A stretch of 54,312 nt of DNA, the filler included, from Hypanus sabinus (Eukaryota): NCBI RefSeq assembly GCF_030144855.1. It is 4 parts of 4 records of this genome, joined end to end, with 100 filler letters (N's around TTAATTAATTAA, not from the genome) between each part and the next. Parts side by side here need not be neighbours in the genome. Positions count along the whole stretch, not along the records: positions 41,337 to 54,312 come from NW_026781544.1; 3 more parts are not named here. One strand, written 5' to 3'. The notes beneath the pieces are model-generated. The model was not told the DNA's origin and did not search any database. It saw nothing but the letters and a program-made list of their open reading frames with translations. The position numbers and the translations under genes were made by a program. Below, in pieces: positions 48,285-54,312 of this stretch. Numbering within the stretch: position 1 is the first letter of the stretch; every line of letters starts with the position of its first letter.

Positions 48285-49615
48285 TAACCATATAACAATT
48301 ACATCACGGAAACAGGCCATCTAGGCCATTCTAGTCCGTGCCGAACGCTTACTCTCACCTAGTCCCCCCGACCCGCACTCAGCCCATAACCCTCCACTCC
48401 TTTCCTGTCCATATACCTGTCCAATTTTACTTTAAGTGACAATACCGTACCTGCCTCTACCACTTCTACTGGTAGCTCTTTCCCCATAGCTACCACTCTC
48501 TGAGTAAAGAAATTCCCCCTCGTGTTACCCCTAAACTTCTGACCCGTAACTCTGAACTCATGTCCTTTTGTTTGAATCTCCCCTACTCCCAATGGAAAAA
48601 CCCTATCCACGTCAACTCTATCTATACCCCTCATCATTTTAAATACCCCTATCAAGTCAAATCTTCTCCGCAGGATGACTCTGTGATTTGGAGAGAGTCG
48701 GCGTGTTCCTTATCACACCCGGCACTCTCACCACTACTGTCGGCGCGTTTCAGGCAGCACCGCTCCCTGTTTCACACGGCTCTCGCTTTCTTGATTCCTC
48801 CCCTCCCCCTCCCTCCACGCAACCAAGCCCGTTAACAGACCGCCCGCATTCACACTATCTGCGCCCCTCTTGGTTTTACACACCTCTGTAAGGTCACTCC
48901 TACGATCCAACGTCCCACCTGCCCGACTTCTCTCCATAACTCAGTCCCTCGAGTCCCGGAAACATCCTTGTATGGCTCCCTCTGCAGTCTTCCCAGCTCA
49001 ATGGCATCTTTCCGACAGCGGGGCGACCAAAACCGAGCACCGTACTCCAGGTGCGGCCCCGCCGGCGTCTCGCACAACTGGGACGTGACCTCACGGCTCC
49101 CGTACTCAGTCCCCTGACTGACGAAGGAATGCGTGCCAAATGCCTCCTTCGCAGCACTCTCTACTCCTGATTTCGCCACCCTAGAACCGTTTACCTCTAC
49201 TCCAATGTCCCTCTGTTCTACGACATTTCTCGGGTCTCCGCCGATCATTGTGAAAGTCAAATCCCGTTTTAACTTCCCAAAAATGCAGCCCGTTTCTCCA
49301 GCTTCTCTTGTTTTGCCCGGCCCCGTAACTGATGCTCACTCCGATCAAACCGTCTCACTCAGTCGCTGGAATGTACGAAGCTTTGCGAACATCCGTGGCG
49401 TTTGATGTCAGGAGCGGCTGCGGAGGACAAGTCATTGGGATCATTTACGGCAGCGATAGATAGGTTCTTGATTAGCCAGGGCATAAAAGGGTACGGGGTG
49501 AAAGCAGGGGAGTGGGTGTAACTGGATGTCTGAATGAAGTGGATCAGCCCATGATTGAATGGCGGAGCAAACTCGATAGGACGAATGGCTGACATTTGTT
49601 CCGAAATCTTATGGT
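48285..49615. mobile_element. Cluster of CR1 3' fragments: - 48285-48660, - 48850-49330, + 49385-49615
   Basis: MIGVFKMMRGIDRVD; PHLEYGARFWSP. Confidence 0.75.
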
Positions 49616-50136
49616 CTTAAGATTTTATGGAATATGTGGGGAAAATGTAGGTGCCCACAAGGTCACGGCGGAAATGAAAACGAGCGCCATAACATCGTCC
49701 CGTTTCCCGCTGTGCTTCTTTACCGTGCCGCCCCGTAATCTTCACCACAACCCTGTGAGGATAACTTTCCTCACATCACCGTCCCGGCATCTGACAGCAG
49801 CTCGATCGGTGGTTTTGATCCCCGCACCTCACGCTCATCTGGAACAATCCCTCTGTTTCTCAGTGACACGGGCAGACTCATGCTTCTCGTCCGTCCCCCA
49901 CCCTTCACCCTCACACTCCTGCACCCCCCCCCACAAAAATCTCTCCCCCTCTCCCTCCTCTCCCACTCCCTTGCACTCCCTCCGCCGGCACCACGAGCGA
50001 ATCTGGAAAAAATCGCTTTCTTTCTCAGGACAACCTGCAGATGTGCCCTGCACGTGCTTTTTAATCCGCATGTGCGTGCCCTGTGCATCACAGATCACTG
50101 ACTCTCACAGATCACCTGCTTCCTGTCGCCGGCGAA

Positions 50137-50175
50137 GGTTTTTGTCGGGACCCGGCGTGTCTCTGAGCCACTGTG
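50137..50175 (-). other. 23-RSS of V7 (full consensus)
   Basis: Minus strand CACAGTG + 23 nt + ACAAAAACC. Confidence 0.97.
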
Positions 50176-51042
50176 ATGACTCCAGGCGCAGTAGCAGACG
50201 GCCGAATGGTCTGGGCGCACACTGGCCGAGCCGAGAATGAACGTCTCTGCATCGGGTCTCCGGGAGGTGAAGCCGTCCACAGCCCCCTCCGGAATTGCTG
50301 AGTCAATGTACGTAGAACGTAACAGGTACTGAATCTCCTTCCCCGGATATTGTCGGTATTGGTAGAGATTATTGCCAGCGCTACCGCCGTCCAGGATGCA
50401 TTTCAGCTCCACGCTCTCGCCGGGAGATTAGGAGATAGCCGGCGAGTCCTGGCGAACGGACTGAGACGTCGCTCCTGGGGAAGGGAACGGGAAGTGGAGA
50501 GAGTTAAGTTAACAGGAAACCCGAGTACGGGGGATCTATTGCTAAAGGGGAGGACGGGGGGTGGGGGAAATGGAACGAGGTGATCTGTCTGAGCAGATTT
50601 GGAGGATTCCGATCAATGGTAAGAAACGCTGATGGAAATATGAACATTGGGATTAAACAAGTACTAAAGAGCACAAAATATATTACTCTGATCGTTATTT
50701 TCATGTCCTCTTGAAACATTCGATTCTATACGGCATGTCCCGATTCTCTACAGTTTAGCAACACTCCGACCGCGTTGTCTTCTCTCTTGTACAAATTCGT
50801 GAATAATTTTAACTCTGAGCCCTCGCGATTATTGTCGACTTTCCCCGGAATGAAATGCGAGTCGACGCAAACCTCTCTTTGTATCTCGGACACGTTGATT
50901 CCAGCAAAATTCTGTCAAAACATTTCTGCACTCGTTCCAGTCTGCCAGAGTGACCAGATCTGGTTAAGGATTGAATATTAATTATTGTGTGAGATTATTT
51001 CTTACGCTGAAGCAACGGCGCCAGGACGAGTATCAGCAACAT
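50176..51042 (-). pseudogene. TRBV: TCR V segment V7 (TRBV30-like): leader 51042-51006, V exon 50474-50176, TAA in FR1 and conserved Trp replaced by Gln
   Basis: Leader MLLILVLAPLLQ + C|gtaaga (37 nt). Acceptor cttccccag|. ATSQSVRQDSPAIS*SPGESVELKCILDGGSAGNNLYQYRQYPGKE...DGFTSRRPDAETFILGSASVRPDHSAVCYCAWSH; stop at 50428-50430. Confidence 0.93.
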
Positions 51043-51309
51043 CCTCTCTCCGGGATCCTTCTCTATGTTGTGCGAGAGAGCCTGGGCGGAAGAAAGTGCG
51101 GCATCAGGACCCCGCCCCTTCCGGGCATATTGCTGACCGCGGTCACCAATCCGGAATACGGAAAATGCTGAAGAGGTGGGACAAAGCCCGAGACGTCATT
51201 TCAATATCAGCGCCCAGACCTGGTGAGTTCTGACAACAGTTTGTGTGTGTGTTGATTCGGATGGACGGCATCTGGAGACTTCCGCGTCTTTAGCGGGTAG
51301 TAAACTCCG

Positions 51310-51530
51310 CCATCATTGACAGTAGCCCGCCCAGCACAGAGCACATCTTCACCAGGCGATCCCTCAGTAAGGCAGCATCAATCATTGTCGAGCTCCACCA
51401 CCCAGTACATGCCCTCTTCTCATTACTACCATCAAGGGGGAAGTGCGGGAGACCGGGGACCCACACTCAACGATTCAGAAACAGCTTCTTCCCCTCCGCC
51501 ATCAGATTTCTGATCGGAACACGAACCCAT
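51310..51530 (+). mobile_element. Rex1/Babar 3' fragment
   Basis: catgccctcttctcattactaccatcaagg...cagcttcttcccctccgccatcaga. Confidence 0.7.
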
Positions 51531-51582
51531 GAACACCACCACGGTGTTTTATTTCCTCTCTGTTTGTCCCAAAATGTTTGTT

Positions 51583-51619
<37 letters not shown>

Positions 51620-51894
51620 TACAATCTGTCTGCTTAATTGTACATCTGATTGTTTAACTATATATTAATTCTCGTATTAGTCTATTTATTTATCTGCTAT
51701 TTATCGTCTAAGCAGTCGTTTATTTATTAATTTATTAGTGTATTTATTTACATTTACTGTAATTGATAATATATTTGATCTATTGAACCGGACTGCTGTC
51801 GAAGTTACAATAAATTTTACCACATATATCATTCATGATAAACCGTATTTCCGCCATTCCTCGCCTTGTGATTGGCGGCCTGGTGGCCTGGAGA

Positions 51895-51909
51895 CCAGGA
51901 GGGGGCGCT
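51895..51909 (+). promoter_or_regulatory. CTCF-like motif
   Basis: CCAGGAGGGGGCGCT. Confidence 0.55.
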
Positions 51910-52319
51910 GTAGGAGTAGCTGATCGTGACGAACTCAGAAAGGGGAGCCATCTGGAGCGTGGAATGAGCGGAGAAGATCTGTAAATGCAGGTCAATATAG
52001 TTCGACTCCGGCTGGATTTCCAACCTTTTCACTTATGTCATGGACAGATTTCATGAAGCGGGGGATCGGTGGTCTCGGTCTACGGTTAATATTGCTGATT
52101 AAGGACGTGTAGGCTGAATTTGAGGGCTCTGGTCCAGCGGCAAAACTGGTCGGTCATTCCGGAATTCCGGAGTTTGAGATCAGGAGTTGAAACGTGGACG
52201 GGAGGGCATTGAAAACATGAAATTTGTGTTGGTGAGTCGGCCATGTGTCTGTCCCGTCCTGCTACTTGACATTGGTAGGGGAATACGTGGGATAGAATTA
52301 ATTTGTTTTATCCATCTGT

Positions 52320-52334
52320 CCAGCAGAGGGCGAT
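52320..52334 (+). promoter_or_regulatory. CTCF-like motif
   Basis: CCAGCAGAGGGCGAT. Confidence 0.5.
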
Positions 52335-52639
52335 ATCACACCAGGCATCGGGCAATGAAGGACATCCAAGCAACACACAAAATGCTGGTGGAACACAACA
52401 AGCCAGGCAGCATCTATAAGCAGAAGCACTGTCGACGTTTCGGGCCGAGACCCTTCGTCAGGACAAACTGAAAGGAAAAATGAAGGACACGCACGGCTTC
52501 TCAAAGAGGATTTCATCTTGGTCCCTCTCCAGTGGGTAACTGTCTCTCTGCATATTCTGCCCTTCTATCAAAACCAAGACAACAGTCCAGGAAAGTCGAC
52601 AAATCTCGTTGAAATCATAGATTCACACAGATATAAAGC

Positions 52640-53250
52640 AGTGCCCCAGGTGATTGGTATAGATCTCTCAGGACCCTCACCACCCGGAATATTTCCGCTT
52701 CTCCTTCCGACCAGCGCAGCGGAGGCACAGGATCCGGAAGAGGGAAAGATCCTTGACCAAGTTCTTCCCCAGCGTCATCAGATGTCTGAAAGGTCTGTAA
52801 TCCCATAAACGCCACTTTGCTATTCCGCTCGCTTTATACACCACTTGTACAGTTTCTATCGTAACTGACATCGAGGGGGAAGTGGAACAGTGGGTAAATA
52901 CGGTTACAGGAAACGCGAGGTTCGGTTGTGCTGTGGGAAGTGCATGAGGTTGTCGTTGCTTACAACGGGTCTTTGGTAGGATGCAGAACCGGACAGAGGA
53001 GAGTCCGATGGAGTTCAACCAACCAAGACAGAGGAAGGGTGCGGAAGCCCTGTCACAACCAGGACTCGGCTGCGCAACAGATTCGATAATTGTGTTCGTG
53101 GTTATGTATGTGTCAGATAACGATTTCATGACGGCGGTATTTAACTCCCTGCTTACCGCTGCAGCGTTTGCCGATACTCGAGCAAAGCACAGGAACGCTA
53201 CACTGCCGGCTTGCATTCGGCCTTCCCCGAGAACAGTGGACTGACTGGGA
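52640..53250. mobile_element. Degenerate Rex1/Babar pieces in both orientations
   Basis: A + strand 3' end (52640-52800) joined to a - strand RT piece. Confidence 0.45.
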
Positions 53251-53329
53251 GAACGAGCGGTACTCGGTTTACGTTTAGATATTCCGTTCAGACGCGGTGT
53301 TCGTATCTCGGTTCAAGTCTGAGAGTTTT

Positions 53330-54190
53330 AGTTATAGAACATAGAACAGTACAGCACAGAAACAGGACTTCTGGCCCACATTGTTGTGCTTAACCAAACA
53401 AACTAATATTCCAGTGAGCAACTAAACAAATCCTTTGTGCCTGCACAATGCCCATATCTCTGACTTTTCACCAATCATGTGCCTTATCTAAACAACTGTG
53501 TAAAGTTCCTAATGTGTCATCCTCTGCCACCACCCGGCAGCAAATTCCAGGCACCCACCACTCTCTGTAAAAAAACACTTTTCTCTTTCATCTTCTTTGA
53601 TATTACCCCCTCTCACCACAAATGCATTCTGTCAGGTATTAGGCATTTCAACTCTGGTACAAAGGTACTGTCTGTCTGCTCAATGCCTCTCGTAATCATA
53701 TAAACCTCTATCTGAATTCCCCTTGGTAACCCTGGAGAAAATTACCTGTGTTTGTCCAATCTCATGCCCTCTAATCCATGCAGCATCCTGGTGAAGTGCG
53801 ACCCCCAAAGGCCTCAACAAACTATATGCAATACTACAGATGCGATCTAACTGGTGTTTTATAAAGCTGCAACATAACTTCCTGACCTTTGGTCTCAGGC
53901 CATACGCCTTCGTAACAGCCTATGTAGCCACTTTCAGGGAGCTGTGAGATTGGCCCCAACAATCCTTCTGCTCATCAACACTGTAATGGTATTGCCCTAA
54001 AGAGTACAATCTCCTTACATTTGACACTTTAAGGCTGAACTCCATCGGCCATTTCTCTGCCCATATCTGTAGCTGATCGATATCCCATTGTGTTTCTTTG
54101 CCAGTCCTACACTAATGACATCAGCACCGACCTTCATATCATCTGCAAACTTACTAAACCACCCATCCACATTTTCAGTCAGTTCGTTTA
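53330..54190 (-). mobile_element. CR1 3' fragment
   Basis: atagaacatagaacag tail and reverse-complemented RT text. Confidence 0.8.
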
Positions 54191-54312
54191 TATAGAAACA
54201 TCGAAAAGCTTATACAGATACTTAGAAAAACATAGATAATAGCTCTGTTTGGCCTAGCGTTTTTTTCTTTTCTGTTCTGCCCTTAAAATACTTTTCGCAT
54301 TAAAGCAGCACC

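Noticed and set aside
1-54312. D segments, constant exons, tRNA/rRNA genes, CRISPR arrays
   Set aside because: None seen: no GGGACAGGGGGC-like D with flanking RSSs, no C1-set exon, and the only tRNA-like pieces are SINE heads.

Overview
Vertebrate genomic DNA, almost certainly from a cartilaginous fish (CR1, Rex-Babar and Penelope-type repeats, HE1/V-SINE-like SINEs and a GPR139-like gene point to a shark or ray; this is inference). The window is part of a T-cell receptor variable-gene array, most likely TRB. It holds six full-length leader+V+23-RSS units: V1 (+, 2925-3629), V2 (-, 5867-7163), V3 (+, 17798-18891), V5 (+, 31072-32472), V6 (+, 36008-36860) and V7 (-, 50137-51042). There are also decayed V relics (V4 28771-29059; 33421-33717; V8 39877-41190) and an orphan leader exon (16468-16531, -) whose V exon runs into an assembly gap. 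Only V3, a CAS-type V, looks fully intact. The other five belong to one SQTI.Q...CAWS family that resembles mammalian TRBV30, and each has one or a few inactivating or likely inactivating lesions while its RSS stays recognisable. V units occur on both strands, most have CRE-like promoter motifs, and several have CTCF-like motifs upstream. An intact GPR139/GPR142-like 7TM exon (44265-45172) sits between V segments. The rest is transposon debris, including a hAT (GTF2IRD2/Charlie-like) element nested in a CR1 LINE. Three artificial N44-TTAATTAATTAA-N44 joins (8120-8219, 16209-16308, 41237-41336) limit claims about order and orientation. All alignments were made by eye and no database search was run.
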